Shown in pieces: positions 20,858 to 31,140 of a DNA stretch of 64,000 bases. Both the position numbers and the translations under genes were made by a program. Below the pieces are notes generated by a model. That model was not told the DNA's origin. It ran no database searches and worked only from the letters and a program-made list of their open reading frames with translations. Within the stretch, counting starts at the first letter, position 1; each line of letters begins with the position of its first letter. This DNA comes from Bdellovibrionota bacterium (GTDB taxonomy: Bacteria > Bdellovibrionota_G > JALEGL01 > DATDPG01), in contig OY764265.1 in NCBI GenBank assembly GCA_963668355.1, positions 1,568,001 to 1,632,000 on the forward strand, read 5' to 3'.

Positions 20858-22921
20858 CTAGGTCAAGGCAAAATCAATTTGAATTCGCTCCAAGGAGGCT
20901 TCGATGGTTCGTACCTTCACGGGGTCTCCCAATCGATATGTTTTCCCCCATCTTCGACCTTTCATGACCATGTTTTGTTCATCAAAGTGAAACCGGTCTT
21001 TTCGCATGAATGAAACGTGGACAAAGCCCTCAATCGGAACATCGATCAATTCGACAAAGAGTCCTTTGGAGACCATTCCTGTGATTCGGCCAGAAAAGGT
21101 TTCTCCGGACCGTTCATTTAAAAATCGAATGCCCTTCACTTTTTGAATCTCCCTCTCCGCGGTAACGGATTTGCGTTCTTGTTCCGAGATGTGAACACAA
21201 ACATTCTGAAGGGTCTGAAATTCTCGCGGAAAAATTTTTGTTGAAGATCCTTTTTGATCCAAAAAAAGATGAATCAAGCGATGGACGAGAAGATCTGAGT
21301 ATCTTCGGATGGGCGATGTGAAATGGCAGTAATGTGAAAATCCCAGACCAAAGTGTCCGATGTTTTCCGTGGAATAACGTGCCTGAGACATGGATCGTAA
21401 GAGAAAGTTGTGAAAGACGTCTTTGCGGTCGTCTTTCTCGAATCGTTGGATGAGGTACAGAATGAGTTCTCGCTCACTCTGTTTCTTGCTTCCAATCTCA
21501 TACCCATAGTTTCGTAAGATTCTTAAAAAATCAGAAAGCTTCTGTTGAACCGGAACGTCATGCACACGAAATGGAAGGGAGAAGCCTTTTTCCGAAAGCG
21601 TACGCGCCACTTCCTTATTCGCCCACAGCATGAACTCTTCTACAATTCGATGCGCCCAGGTTCGTTCTTCCCAACCTAAATTTGCGGTTTCTTGCTCGGC
21701 ATCTAGTTGGATATTGATCTCAGGGAAGTCGAAGTCTACACCGCCAATCTCCATCCGCTCCTTAAACAAAGACTTGGCTTTTCGAAGCATCCGGTGAAGC
21801 ATCTCTTCCGTGGAGTCCTTTGGAGATCGATTTAAAGTCTCCCAAACAGAAGCGTAGGTGAGTCGCCGTTTTGAGATGATCCGTGCTCGATAGATTTCGG
21901 TCGTTGGGGGATCTTCGTTGAAGTTGGTTTTAAGGACCAAGGCCAGACGCTCTTCATTTGGCTTTAGACTGCAAGCTTCTGAGGAAAGTGCAGGGGGTAG
22001 CATGGGAAGGGCCCGATCCGGGAAATAGAAACTATTTCCTCGCTTGGCCGCCTCCAGGTCCAATGGACTTTCGGGAGGGACGAAACAACTTACGTCAGCA
22101 ATGGCCACCCACAGATTTCCTTCGTCATCCAGGGCGATGGCATCGTCAAAATCATGAGCCGTGTCACCATCGACCGTGACAAAAGGCACATGCTTTAAAT
22201 CCATACGGTCATCTTGAGGAGGGCGCGTCTCTTCAGCCGCCGACAAAAGACCTTTGGAAAATTCCAACGAAAGGCCATGTCGGTGAGCCACCAAGGGAGT
22301 GTCGACTGAAGGATCCATTAAGGAGCCCAGTATTTGCTTGAGTCGGCCCTGAAGGAAATCGTGCGTAGATGCTTTCCAGTCGATGCTGACGACCCCGACA
22401 GGTTCATTCTGATCAAAAAGTGTCGAGGGAAGGGGGGCTTTAAGGTAGATCCAAGAAGAAAACTCTCTTCCAATGGGCAAAACATAAGGCTCTCCGAATT
22501 CGTCCTGTTTGATGACTCCGACGACTTGTTGAACTCCACGTTCCAAGATTTTCTGAATTTTCCCCTCATCCCGGTTCGATAAAGGTTTAATTTGAACCCG
22601 GTCCCGAGGAAAAACATCTCTCAAGCCGTTTTTGGGTATGTAGATGTCTGGGCCTCCCCCATCTGGCGTGACAAATCCATACCCTTTGGGGTGGATGTGG
22701 ATGGTGCCCGTGATGCTTTTGCCAGATTCAATCGCTAGGTATCTGCGGCTGCGCAATTTTTGAACACGCCCCTCTCGGCATAGCTCCAAAAGGGAAGCTT
22801 TTAGTTTTTTCCGCTGGCCGGCTCGAACCCGAAAAAAAGCGCAAAGCTCCCGCAGGTTGGGCGGGTTTTTTGTGCGGGCCTTGAGGTGTTCGATCAGCGC
22901 CTCACGTGAAAAATTTGAGAT
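20858..22921 (-). CDS. rnr: RNase R / VacB family exoribonuclease (probable ATC start)
   Basis: HPKGYGFV cold-shock domain, catalytic VDGDTAHDFDDAI, HFTSPIRRYSDL, C-terminal S1. Frame stays open 44 codons upstream of TTG 22789, to ATC 22921. Confidence 0.9.
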   Translation of the reverse strand: MSNFSREALIEHLKARTKNPPNLRELCAFFRVRAGQRKKLKASLLELCREGRVQKLRSRRYLAIESGKSITGTIHIHPKGYGFVTPDGGGPDIYIPKNGLRDVFPRDRVQIKPLSNRDEGKIQKILERGVQQVVGVIKQDEFGEPYVLPIGREFSSWIYLKAPLPSTLFDQNEPVGVVSIDWKASTHDFLQGRLKQILGSLMDPSVDTPLVAHRHGLSLEFSKGLLSAAEETRPPQDDRMDLKHVPFVTVDGDTAHDFDDAIALDDEGNLWVAIADVSCFVPPESPLDLEAAKRGNSFYFPDRALPMLPPALSSEACSLKPNEERLALVLKTNFNEDPPTTEIYRARIISKRRLTYASVWETLNRSPKDSTEEMLHRMLRKAKSLFKERMEIGGVDFDFPEINIQLDAEQETANLGWEERTWAHRIVEEFMLWANKEVARTLSEKGFSLPFRVHDVPVQQKLSDFLRILRNYGYEIGSKKQSERELILYLIQRFEKDDRKDVFHNFLLRSMSQARYSTENIGHFGLGFSHYCHFTSPIRRYSDLLVHRLIHLFLDQKGSSTKIFPREFQTLQNVCVHISEQERKSVTAEREIQKVKGIRFLNERSGETFSGRITGMVSKGLFVELIDVPIEGFVHVSFMRKDRFHFDEQNMVMKGRRWGKTYRLGDPVKVRTIEASLERIQIDFALT

Positions 22922-23000
22922 GTTCCTTCTCCCTTAAAAAATTGATTTCACCGAAGATTAAGCATAGCATTTGCGTCGGAAAGGGGCGACCATAGAGACG

Positions 23001-23387
23001 ATGACAGAGAATGCTCATGCAGAGCGACGAAAATTTCCCAGAGTGGCTGTAGACTGTCTGGTGCGCTATCGTCCTTCTCAAGCCGCCAAAGGTGCCCGAA
23101 TTCGTGAAGACCGCTTGATGACACTGGGTGAGGGGGGCTGTTTCGTTCAATCAAAATTGACGTATCCGAAAGATACGAATTTGGATTTACGATTCGATCT
23201 GGAGGGACACGAGTTTATGGTGATGGGGCGAGTGGTGTACTCCATCCCTTTCAATCCAAAAGTGGAAACCGTTCAATTTCCTGGAATGGGCGTGCAATTT
23301 GTCGGCGCGCAGGATCCTCTCCTTCAAACCATTCGAAAAATCGTGGCACGCGAACAATTGAAAGCCGGCTTGGGCGTCACCGAATAA
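23001..23387 (+). CDS. Single-domain PilZ protein
   Basis: ERRKFPR (RxxxR), LGEGGCFV, GRVVY, PGMGVQF. Confidence 0.85.
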   Translation: MTENAHAERRKFPRVAVDCLVRYRPSQAAKGARIREDRLMTLGEGGCFVQSKLTYPKDTNLDLRFDLEGHEFMVMGRVVYSIPFNPKVETVQFPGMGVQFVGAQDPLLQTIRKIVAREQLKAGLGVTE

Positions 23388-23441
23388 TTTGCCCCTTAAA
23401 TTCTAGACCTTCTTTTTTGGGCGAGTAAAATTCGGCCCACT

Positions 23442-24752
23442 ATGAAAATTGGTGTCATTGGAACGGGTTATGTTGGATTGGTTACGGGAACGTGCTTTGC
23501 GGAGACCGGAAATGATGTTGTCTGTGTGGATACGATCCAAGAAAAAATTGATTGTTTGAAGGGTGGAAAGATCCCTTTTTATGAGCCGGGTCTCGAAGAC
23601 CTCGTACAACGAAACATGAAAGAGAAGCGGCTTTCCTTCACGATGAGTATGGAAGAAGCCGTGAAAGATGCCGAAATCACATTTATTTGTGTGGGTACGC
23701 CTTCGAAAGCAGATGGATCTGCCAATTTAGATTATGTGATGACGGCTGCGGAACAAGTCGCTCGGATCAATGCCCAAACCGTCATTGCGATCAAGAGTAC
23801 GGTTCCGGTGGGTACGAATGATTGCGTTCGGGAACATTTGGAAAAAGCGGGACATCAAAATCTTTCCATGGCTTCAAACCCCGAATTCCTTCGGGAGGGA
23901 GCGGCTGTCCAAGATTGTATGCTTCCTGACCGAGTCGTCGTGGGAACGAATAAGCCTGAACTGGCGGAACTTTTTAAAAAACTCTATGCCCCGTTTATCC
24001 GAACCGGAAACCCTCTTTTCATCATGGACATTCGTTCCGCGGAGCTGACCAAGTATGCTGCAAATTCACTATTGGCCATGCGCATTTCGTTCATGAACGA
24101 AATTTCAATGATCTGCGATAAGGTCGGTGCGGACATTACGAAAATTCGACAAGGTGTCGGAGCCGATCGTCGAATTGGTCCCCAATACTTATTTCCGAGC
24201 GTAGGCTTTGGAGGCTCGTGTTTTCCTAAAGATGTGCGTGCCATGGTTTCCTTGGCGAAAGAAAAGGGCGTGAAGCCCCGTTTGTTGAATGAAACGTTGG
24301 AGGTCAACGAAGCCCAGAAACACTATTTTGCCGATCGCGTGATCGAATATTTGGGTGGGGACAAAGCCAAGGGAAAGCACGTCGCCATGTGGGGCTTGGC
24401 GTTTAAGGCCAAGACGGATGATGTTCGCGAATCTCCCGCATTGACGGTTGTGGATCGTCTTCTGGATGCGGGGATTCAGGTGACGGTGTATGACCCTGTG
24501 GCGATTTCCAATGTCAAAGCAGATTATGGGGACCGACTTCTTTACGCAGAAGATTCCTATATGGCCACCGAAGGAGCGGAAGCCTTATTGGTTATGACCG
24601 AGTGGAACCAATTTCGTCATCCGAATTTCGGAAAGGTGAAATTGGGACTGAAGTCCCCTGTCGTTTTTGACGGTCGAAACCTTTATGAACCCGAAGAAAT
24701 GAAGGTTCTGGGGTTTGAATATTTCAGTATCGGTCGGCCCGAAGCGAATTAG
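23442..24752 (+). CDS. ugd: UDP-glucose 6-dehydrogenase
   Basis: GTGYVGLV, KSTVPVG, NPEFLREG, GFGGSCFPKD, GLAFKAKTDDVRES. Confidence 0.95.
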   Translation: MKIGVIGTGYVGLVTGTCFAETGNDVVCVDTIQEKIDCLKGGKIPFYEPGLEDLVQRNMKEKRLSFTMSMEEAVKDAEITFICVGTPSKADGSANLDYVMTAAEQVARINAQTVIAIKSTVPVGTNDCVREHLEKAGHQNLSMASNPEFLREGAAVQDCMLPDRVVVGTNKPELAELFKKLYAPFIRTGNPLFIMDIRSAELTKYAANSLLAMRISFMNEISMICDKVGADITKIRQGVGADRRIGPQYLFPSVGFGGSCFPKDVRAMVSLAKEKGVKPRLLNETLEVNEAQKHYFADRVIEYLGGDKAKGKHVAMWGLAFKAKTDDVRESPALTVVDRLLDAGIQVTVYDPVAISNVKADYGDRLLYAEDSYMATEGAEALLVMTEWNQFRHPNFGKVKLGLKSPVVFDGRNLYEPEEMKVLGFEYFSIGRPEAN

Positions 24753-25867
24753 CTTTTGTAAAAAGCCTGAATCGCCGTGACCACCTGACTCTGTTGTTCG
24801 GGCGAAAGTTCCCCATAGATGGGAATGGCCAAGGTTTCTTGAGCCGCCTTTTCACTTTCCGGAAAGTCCCCCTCTTTATATCCAAGATGCGCAAAGCATT
24901 CCTGCATATGAAGGCAAAGCGGATAATAAATTTCATTTCCAATGCCGGCTTCGGTGAGGTGCTTTTTGAGGGCATCTCGGTTCTCAGCTCGAATCACATA
25001 TTGGTTGAAAATGTGGCGATCTCCAGGGCGTCTCCAGGGGGTGATGACCTTTTCTCCCAAATCCGCATTTTTGAAAAGTTCGTCATAGTGATCCGCATTT
25101 TTCTGACGAGCTTGGGTCCAAGAATCCAGGTGTTTGAGTTTGACCCGTAAAACCGCAGCCTGAAGCGCATCTAAACGAAAATTGCCGCCGATAAATTTAT
25201 GGTAATACTTGGGCTTGGAGCCATGATTGCGAAAGATTCGAAGCCTTTCAGCCAATTCCTCATCACACGTAGTCACCATTCCGCCATCGCCTAGACATCC
25301 CAGATTTTTTGAGGGGAAGAAGCTGAAGCAGCCGACCGTTCCCATCGAACCGGCTCGTTTTCCCTTGTATTCGGTTCCGATGGCCTGAGCCGCATCTTCA
25401 ATGACGGCAATATTTCTTTTTTTGCAGAGATCCAAGAGGGGATCCATGTCGGTAGCCTGGCCATACAAATGAACGGGAATGATGGCTTTGGTTTTTTCGG
25501 TAAACGCCTGCTCAAGTTTTTCCGGATTCATATTGTACGTTTTGGGATCAATATCCACGAAAACTGGCTTGGCACCGACGCGAGCGATGGCGCCGACCGT
25601 TGCAAAAAACGTGTAGGGGGTGGTGATGACTTCGTCCCCTTGGCCAACACCCAATGTCATGAGGGAAATGATTAAGGCATCACTTCCGGATGAGACGCCT
25701 ACGCCCGATTTTGCATTGACGTACGAAGCGACTTCCGATTCTAGACCTTGAACTTCAGGCCCCTGAATGTAGCGATGTGTCGCCAACACGCCGTCAATGG
25801 CCGCGCGAATCTCTTTCTCAATCGGATTAAACTGAGCCGCAATATCTAACAGTGGAACTTTACTCAT
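24749..25867 (-). CDS. DegT/DnrJ/EryC1/StrS aminotransferase (WbpE/WlbC-like)
   Basis: [25 protein letters not shown] (PLP lysine), [12 protein letters not shown]. Start at ATG 25867. Confidence 0.93.
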   Translation of the reverse strand: MSKVPLLDIAAQFNPIEKEIRAAIDGVLATHRYIQGPEVQGLESEVASYVNAKSGVGVSSGSDALIISLMTLGVGQGDEVITTPYTFFATVGAIARVGAKPVFVDIDPKTYNMNPEKLEQAFTEKTKAIIPVHLYGQATDMDPLLDLCKKRNIAVIEDAAQAIGTEYKGKRAGSMGTVGCFSFFPSKNLGCLGDGGMVTTCDEELAERLRIFRNHGSKPKYYHKFIGGNFRLDALQAAVLRVKLKHLDSWTQARQKNADHYDELFKNADLGEKVITPWRRPGDRHIFNQYVIRAENRDALKKHLTEAGIGNEIYYPLCLHMQECFAHLGYKEGDFPESEKAAQETLAIPIYGELSPEQQSQVVTAIQAFYKS

Positions 25868-26444
25868 CGAGAAAAACCAACCCTTCTTCTGTGATTTCAT
25901 ATTCGTGGTTGCATCCTTTGCAACGCAAATGATCTTGAATGGGGGATAGACGTACGCCGCAGGCGCAGACCCACCCCTTTTGAACCGCCGGAACCCCAAC
26001 CATAAGCGCGTGGCTCGGAACGTCTCGATTCACGACCGCTCCAGCCCCAATAAACGCATATTTTCCAATGCTGTTGCCGCACACGATGGTCGCGTTGGCT
26101 CCGATGGTTGCACCTTTTTTTACAATTGTTTTTCGAAACTCATCTTTTCGTTCAATATGTGCCCTCGGATTCATAACATTTGTAAACACCATCGAAGGCC
26201 CACAAAACACATTGTCTTCAATTTCGACGCCCGCATAGACCGAAACATTGTTTTGGATTTTGACACCATTGCCAATTTTGACACCCGGTCCGATAAGAAC
26301 GTTTTGGCCCAAAACACAATCTTGGCCTAACTTGGCACCAGTCTGAACGTGACAAAAATGCCAAACGCGAGTGCCCTTTCCAATTTCACAGCCATCATCT
26401 ACATATGCAGATTCATGTACAAAAAAGTTCGGTTTCTCAGTCAC
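25860..26444 (-). CDS. wbpD: Hexapeptide-repeat N-acetyltransferase (WbpD/WlbB-like)
   Basis: [39 protein letters not shown]. Confidence 0.9.
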   Translation of the reverse strand: MTEKPNFFVHESAYVDDGCEIGKGTRVWHFCHVQTGAKLGQDCVLGQNVLIGPGVKIGNGVKIQNNVSVYAGVEIEDNVFCGPSMVFTNVMNPRAHIERKDEFRKTIVKKGATIGANATIVCGNSIGKYAFIGAGAVVNRDVPSHALMVGVPAVQKGWVCACGVRLSPIQDHLRCKGCNHEYEITEEGLVFLDE

Positions 26445-26452
26445 GGAATCTC

Positions 26453-27466
26453 CTAGTCGCGATAGTCCAATACTTGAACCGGTTGGCCATTCATTTGCAG
26501 AGAACGCTGCCCACTTTGCAGAACCTTCAAAACCCGAGCGCCTTCATTTCCATCCGTTCGGGGCTGCTCCCGCGTTTGAATGCAATTTAAAAAATGCTCA
26601 CATTCAGAACGAAGCGGTTCAGCATCTTCATTGAAGGAAACAGGTTTCCCCTCCGGTTTTTTGGCCACGAATTGACCGTTCACGTGTTCGATGTTCTTGT
26701 CGAACATGAGTAGCTTCTCACCCTTGGGCGCGCGATCATCAAAAACGGCCATTTTTTTGGATCCGACCACCACCAACCGTTGTTCTTTGAAAGGATGGAG
26801 CCAGCTTACATAGATGTGAGCCTGAACCCCGTTATCGAAGATGTACGTGGAAATGGTTGTGTCGGCGACATTGGGTTGAAGATAATTTCCTCCAACGGCA
26901 TTGACCTGCACCGGCATGCTTTCCGTGAGCCAGAGCATGATCGAAATGTCATGGGGCGCAAACGACCAGAGAATGTTTTCCTCCGACCGAATTTTCCCCA
27001 AATTTAGTCGATTGGAATAAATGTATTCGACGTTTCCAAGCTCCCCCGAAGAGACCAACTCTTTTAGTTTGACCACAGCAGGGTGATATTGCAGGAGATG
27101 CCCAACCATCAAAATTCGTTCATGCTTTTTAGCGAGGTCCACCAGGTCTCGGGCTTCTCCATATCGAAGGGCAACCGGTTTTTCCACGAAGGCATCTTTT
27201 CCGGCCTCAATGGCCATTTTCGCGACCTCATAGTGGGTCTCGGCGGGAGAAGCAATGACAACGCCTGATACCTCGGGATCCTTCATTATGGACTCAAGCG
27301 TTGTGTATTTGTCAGAAAGACCATATTGGTTCGCCATCTCTTTTCGGCGATCCACGTCAGCATCGTAAACCCCCGCTAAAGCCTCCAAATTTGCAAAATT
27401 TCGAACATGGTTTTTACCCCAGTGTCCCGTTCCAATAACCACGATTTTCGGTGCATTTTGTCCCAT
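26453..27466 (-). CDS. Gfo/Idh/MocA oxidoreductase (WbpB/WlbA-like)
   Basis: [35 protein letters not shown]; adjacent to WbpD/WbpE-like genes. Confidence 0.88.
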   Translation of the reverse strand: MGQNAPKIVVIGTGHWGKNHVRNFANLEALAGVYDADVDRRKEMANQYGLSDKYTTLESIMKDPEVSGVVIASPAETHYEVAKMAIEAGKDAFVEKPVALRYGEARDLVDLAKKHERILMVGHLLQYHPAVVKLKELVSSGELGNVEYIYSNRLNLGKIRSEENILWSFAPHDISIMLWLTESMPVQVNAVGGNYLQPNVADTTISTYIFDNGVQAHIYVSWLHPFKEQRLVVVGSKKMAVFDDRAPKGEKLLMFDKNIEHVNGQFVAKKPEGKPVSFNEDAEPLRSECEHFLNCIQTREQPRTDGNEGARVLKVLQSGQRSLQMNGQPVQVLDYRD

Positions 27467-27632
27467 AGCGGCAGGCATAATAGTCCTATTTATGCAGTTT
27501 ACAAGCGTTGCGGAAGGTCGTTTTAAGGACAAAAATAAACCCCGAAATCCCGTGTTTTTAGGTTTCACGCAGCGAGCGAAAGAGAAAAGGCTTGGTCTGA
27601 GAATAAGCTCCTTTTATCCTTTGTTACGGAAA

Positions 27633-28715
27633 ATGAAGAAAACCAGAAAAATAGTTTTTGTGGCGGGAGCTCGTCCCAATTTCCCTAAAATAGCGCCGTT
27701 ATTGAGAGAAATGAAAGCCTATCCGAATCTACGGGGAATTCTGGTGCACACAGGTCAGCATTATGATGCGCTCATGTCAAAACATCAGTTTAGAGACTTG
27801 GGGATCCCCACTCCCAAAGAAAACTTGGAAGTTGGATCTGGCTTGCACGGTAAGCAGACGGCCCTGGTGCTCGAACGAATGGAGGAGCTTCTCATCCGAA
27901 GAAAACCCGACCTGGTTGTGGTGGTCGGGGATGTAAATTCGACCATAGCTGCGGCTTTGGCAGCCAAGAAACTTCATATTCCAGTGGCACATGTGGAGGC
28001 AGGTCTAAGAAGTCGGGACTGGAGCATGCCGGAGGAGATCAATCGAATTGCCACGGACTCGATTTCTGATTTTCTGTTTACTCATTGCCAGGAGGCCAAT
28101 CAAAACCTTTTGAACGAAGGCGTTTCGAAACGCCGAATTGCTTATGTCGGAAATGTGATGATCGATACTTTGTTTCACATGCTGCCAAAGGCGAAAAAGT
28201 ACTCCCCATTGTCGAGCGAGCCATACGGCTTGATTACCCTTCATCGCCCGAGCAATGTAGATGAAGAGGAAGTTCTGCGTCGATTGTTCAGAACATTTGA
28301 AAAAATTAGCGAAGATTTACCTCTCTTTTTTCCCATGCACCCTCGAACCGCGAAGCAATTCAAAGAAAAAAAGCTGCTCCCCAAAAAAGGACGCATCCAC
28401 CTGATGGAGCCTTTAACATATCTTCCTTTCTTGGCGGCCATGTCGGATGCAGAGATGGTCTTGACCGACTCGGGAGGAATCCAAGAGGAAACGACGGCTC
28501 TGGGCGTGCCATGCTTAACCTTGCGGAACAACAGTGAACGCATGGTTACGGTTTACGAAGGAACGAATCAACTGGTCGGCGTTGACCCGAAAAAAATTTT
28601 AAAGGGTTTTGACAAAGCCAAACGAATGAAAAAGCAAAGAAAGAAAAAACCAAAATATTGGGACGGAAAGGCAAGTCAAAGGATTCTCCGAGTTATGGAT
28701 CAAGCGTTGGCCTAA
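27633..28715 (+). CDS. wecB: Non-hydrolysing UDP-GlcNAc 2-epimerase (WecB/WbpI family)
   Basis: GARPNFPK, HTGQHYD, GDVNST, HVEAGLRS, TDSGGIQEE. Confidence 0.93.
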   Translation: MKKTRKIVFVAGARPNFPKIAPLLREMKAYPNLRGILVHTGQHYDALMSKHQFRDLGIPTPKENLEVGSGLHGKQTALVLERMEELLIRRKPDLVVVVGDVNSTIAAALAAKKLHIPVAHVEAGLRSRDWSMPEEINRIATDSISDFLFTHCQEANQNLLNEGVSKRRIAYVGNVMIDTLFHMLPKAKKYSPLSSEPYGLITLHRPSNVDEEEVLRRLFRTFEKISEDLPLFFPMHPRTAKQFKEKKLLPKKGRIHLMEPLTYLPFLAAMSDAEMVLTDSGGIQEETTALGVPCLTLRNNSERMVTVYEGTNQLVGVDPKKILKGFDKAKRMKKQRKKKPKYWDGKASQRILRVMDQALA

Positions 28716-28755
28716 CACTTTTCTAGAGTTCGTTCTGGTCAGCTTTTAAACGATA

Positions 28756-29988
28756 TTAGGTACGACTGCGATCCGCTGTTTCACTTAAAACCTCAAGAAA
28801 ATCTCTCGCTAAGTGAGTTCGGTCGTACGAGGAGCGCACAAGCTCCAAGCCATTTTCACCTAAGGTCTTCGCGGTTTTTGGAAGCTTGTGAAGTTTCAAA
28901 ACTGCTTCGGCCAAGGCTTGACTGTCCTCAGGGGGAATGCATATGCCAGCTTTTCCCTCGCGAATAATCTTTTCACTCTCCCCTAAAACCCCAAGAATGA
29001 TGGGGCGGCTCACGGCCATAGCTTCAAAGATTTTAGAAGGAATAACCGTGCGGAAAAGAGGAGTGTCTTTTAGAAGGACCAGACAAGCGTCTGATGCCGA
29101 AAGAATTTCAGGCATGCGCTCTTTTGGCTGTTGGGGCAAAATTAACAAATTATTCAACCCGTCTTGATTCTTTTTTCTTATAAGCTCTTCTCGCTCTGCC
29201 CCGTCACCAACCAATAGAAAAACGATCTCGGTTTGATTTGCAAGACTTCTGGCTGTCTTTAAAACCGTCGCTAAGCCGTGAGCCATGCCTAAAGTGCCTG
29301 CGTAGGTAACCACGAATTTGTCCCGAAGAGACATTTTCTCCCGAAAACTGTTTTCTTTCGGAGTGGGGAAGTATCGAGAGAGATCGGCCCCGTTGGTAAT
29401 GATAGAAATTTTTTTTGGATCAATTCCCATTTTGCCGATGTGTTCTTTGAAGGCGTGGGTGAGGGCGATGATCCGGGTAGCCTTTCGATAAAGGAACCGT
29501 TCCATATACCTTAACCATTTGATGATCCACTTGTTTCGGATAGCTCCGACTGCGATGATTGAGTCGGGCCAAAGATCGCGGATTTCAAGGATCCATGGTC
29601 TGCGTTTTAAGGCGGACACGAAGAATCCTGCCATTCCGCAGAAAAACTGAGGGGATGTTGATACAACGACATCGGGGCGGCGGACGAGGAAGCTGAACAA
29701 AATAGCCGAACCCATAAAAGACAGATAGTTTGAAATTCGGCGAACAACTCTCTGGTTGGGGCTAAGATAGGTTTTAACTCGAAGTATTTCGATCCCATCC
29801 ATTTTTTCCCATTGGAACCATCTGTTTTTGTATTCCGAATACAAGATTCCCTGCGGGTGATTCGGAGCGCAAGTGATAATTGTTACCCGATGACCCTCTG
29901 CGATAAAAAAACGGGCATGTTCATAGGTGCGAGAGGCGGGAGCATTCACCTCTGGAGGGAAATAGTGGGTTAAGAAGAGAATATGCAT
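28756..29988 (-). CDS. GT4 glycosyltransferase (WbuB-like)
   Basis: HYFPPEVNAPASR, EIRDLWP, YAGTLGMAHGL, IPSKIFEAMA. Confidence 0.92.
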   Translation of the reverse strand: MHILFLTHYFPPEVNAPASRTYEHARFFIAEGHRVTIITCAPNHPQGILYSEYKNRWFQWEKMDGIEILRVKTYLSPNQRVVRRISNYLSFMGSAILFSFLVRRPDVVVSTSPQFFCGMAGFFVSALKRRPWILEIRDLWPDSIIAVGAIRNKWIIKWLRYMERFLYRKATRIIALTHAFKEHIGKMGIDPKKISIITNGADLSRYFPTPKENSFREKMSLRDKFVVTYAGTLGMAHGLATVLKTARSLANQTEIVFLLVGDGAEREELIRKKNQDGLNNLLILPQQPKERMPEILSASDACLVLLKDTPLFRTVIPSKIFEAMAVSRPIILGVLGESEKIIREGKAGICIPPEDSQALAEAVLKLHKLPKTAKTLGENGLELVRSSYDRTHLARDFLEVLSETADRSRT

Positions 29989-29997
29989 TGTCTTGTT

Positions 29998-31140
29998 TTA
30001 TTTGGCCTCAATTTTTGAAAATGTTCGGTAGAGTTCCAGAAGCTTTTTTTCTTCTGTCTTCCAACTAAAATTTTTAACTAAGTTTTCGTGGGCTGAAAGA
30101 ATCGCAGGCCCAAGCTTTGTTCGTTGCTCTAGGAGCTCTAGGGTCGCATGTAGAAGAGCCTTGGAGTCCTTCTCGGGGACCGTTTTTCCCACACCTAAAG
30201 TGTCTATCAATTGTTTCCAAAGAGGAACCGAGTAGGAAATTGGAAGAAGTCCGGCTTCCATATAATCAAGAATCTTTGTGGGGATAGACTCACGGTAGTT
30301 CGGGGTAGCCTGGAGCAGTGCAAGTCCAACTTTGCACTCACGGAGTATCGTCTTGGCCTCTTGTAGTGGACGGTAGCCAAGTAACGATACGTTCTCCTGT
30401 AGATTATAGTCTTGGATCTCTCGTTGGATTTTCTCGAAAAGACCCTTCTCCAAGAAAGGTCCAATTAGAAGTAGGTTTGTTTCCGGTCTGTAGTTTTTTA
30501 AAGAATCAACCAGTTTAAGCATTTCGAATACCCCGCGATCTTGTTTTATGCCGCCAAGATAGACGAGGTCATTTTTTCGATTATGTTCTTCTAAGGAAGG
30601 GGTAGGTGTTTGAACGATCGAGAAATTCCGAATGATTGTAACATTTTCCCATTTCTTAAAGCGTTTGGCATAGGAGTCTTCCGCGAGAATGATATGATCA
30701 AAAGCGCGAAGCATAAATTTTTCGACAAAGCGATAAAATGCGGAAAACGCAGGTCGGAGTAGACAGGGAATCCAGGTTTTTTTGAGGATAGATCCTCCAT
30801 AATCTTCGTGAATGTCCATGATCGCCGTGAATCGAAAAAAAAGACGGTAAAAGGGGACGAGGATTAGGAATTCTGGGTCGTGAAAGTGAAGAATTTCGTT
30901 GCCATCTCGAATTGCTCTCTGAATAAGTCTTCCGGCAGTAAGAAAAAACCGTGCTCCCCGCGAACTGGGCCTGCGGATTAAACTTAATTGTACGGGCAAA
31001 TCCTTGGAGGGAAGGTCCTCCCCATGCTTTGTAGCGAAAAGTGTTACCCGATGGCCCGCTTGGGCCAAGGAAACACACTCTTTAAAAAAGATGCGACTGT
31101 CTTGGGGGTTGTGGGCAGATGAAATAGCGGCAATCTTCAT
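29998..31140 (-). CDS. GT4 glycosyltransferase
   Basis: SAHNPQDSRIFFKE, HFHDPE, DIHED, PTKILDYMEAG. Confidence 0.9.
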   Translation of the reverse strand: MKIAAISSAHNPQDSRIFFKECVSLAQAGHRVTLFATKHGEDLPSKDLPVQLSLIRRPSSRGARFFLTAGRLIQRAIRDGNEILHFHDPEFLILVPFYRLFFRFTAIMDIHEDYGGSILKKTWIPCLLRPAFSAFYRFVEKFMLRAFDHIILAEDSYAKRFKKWENVTIIRNFSIVQTPTPSLEEHNRKNDLVYLGGIKQDRGVFEMLKLVDSLKNYRPETNLLLIGPFLEKGLFEKIQREIQDYNLQENVSLLGYRPLQEAKTILRECKVGLALLQATPNYRESIPTKILDYMEAGLLPISYSVPLWKQLIDTLGVGKTVPEKDSKALLHATLELLEQRTKLGPAILSAHENLVKNFSWKTEEKKLLELYRTFSKIEAK

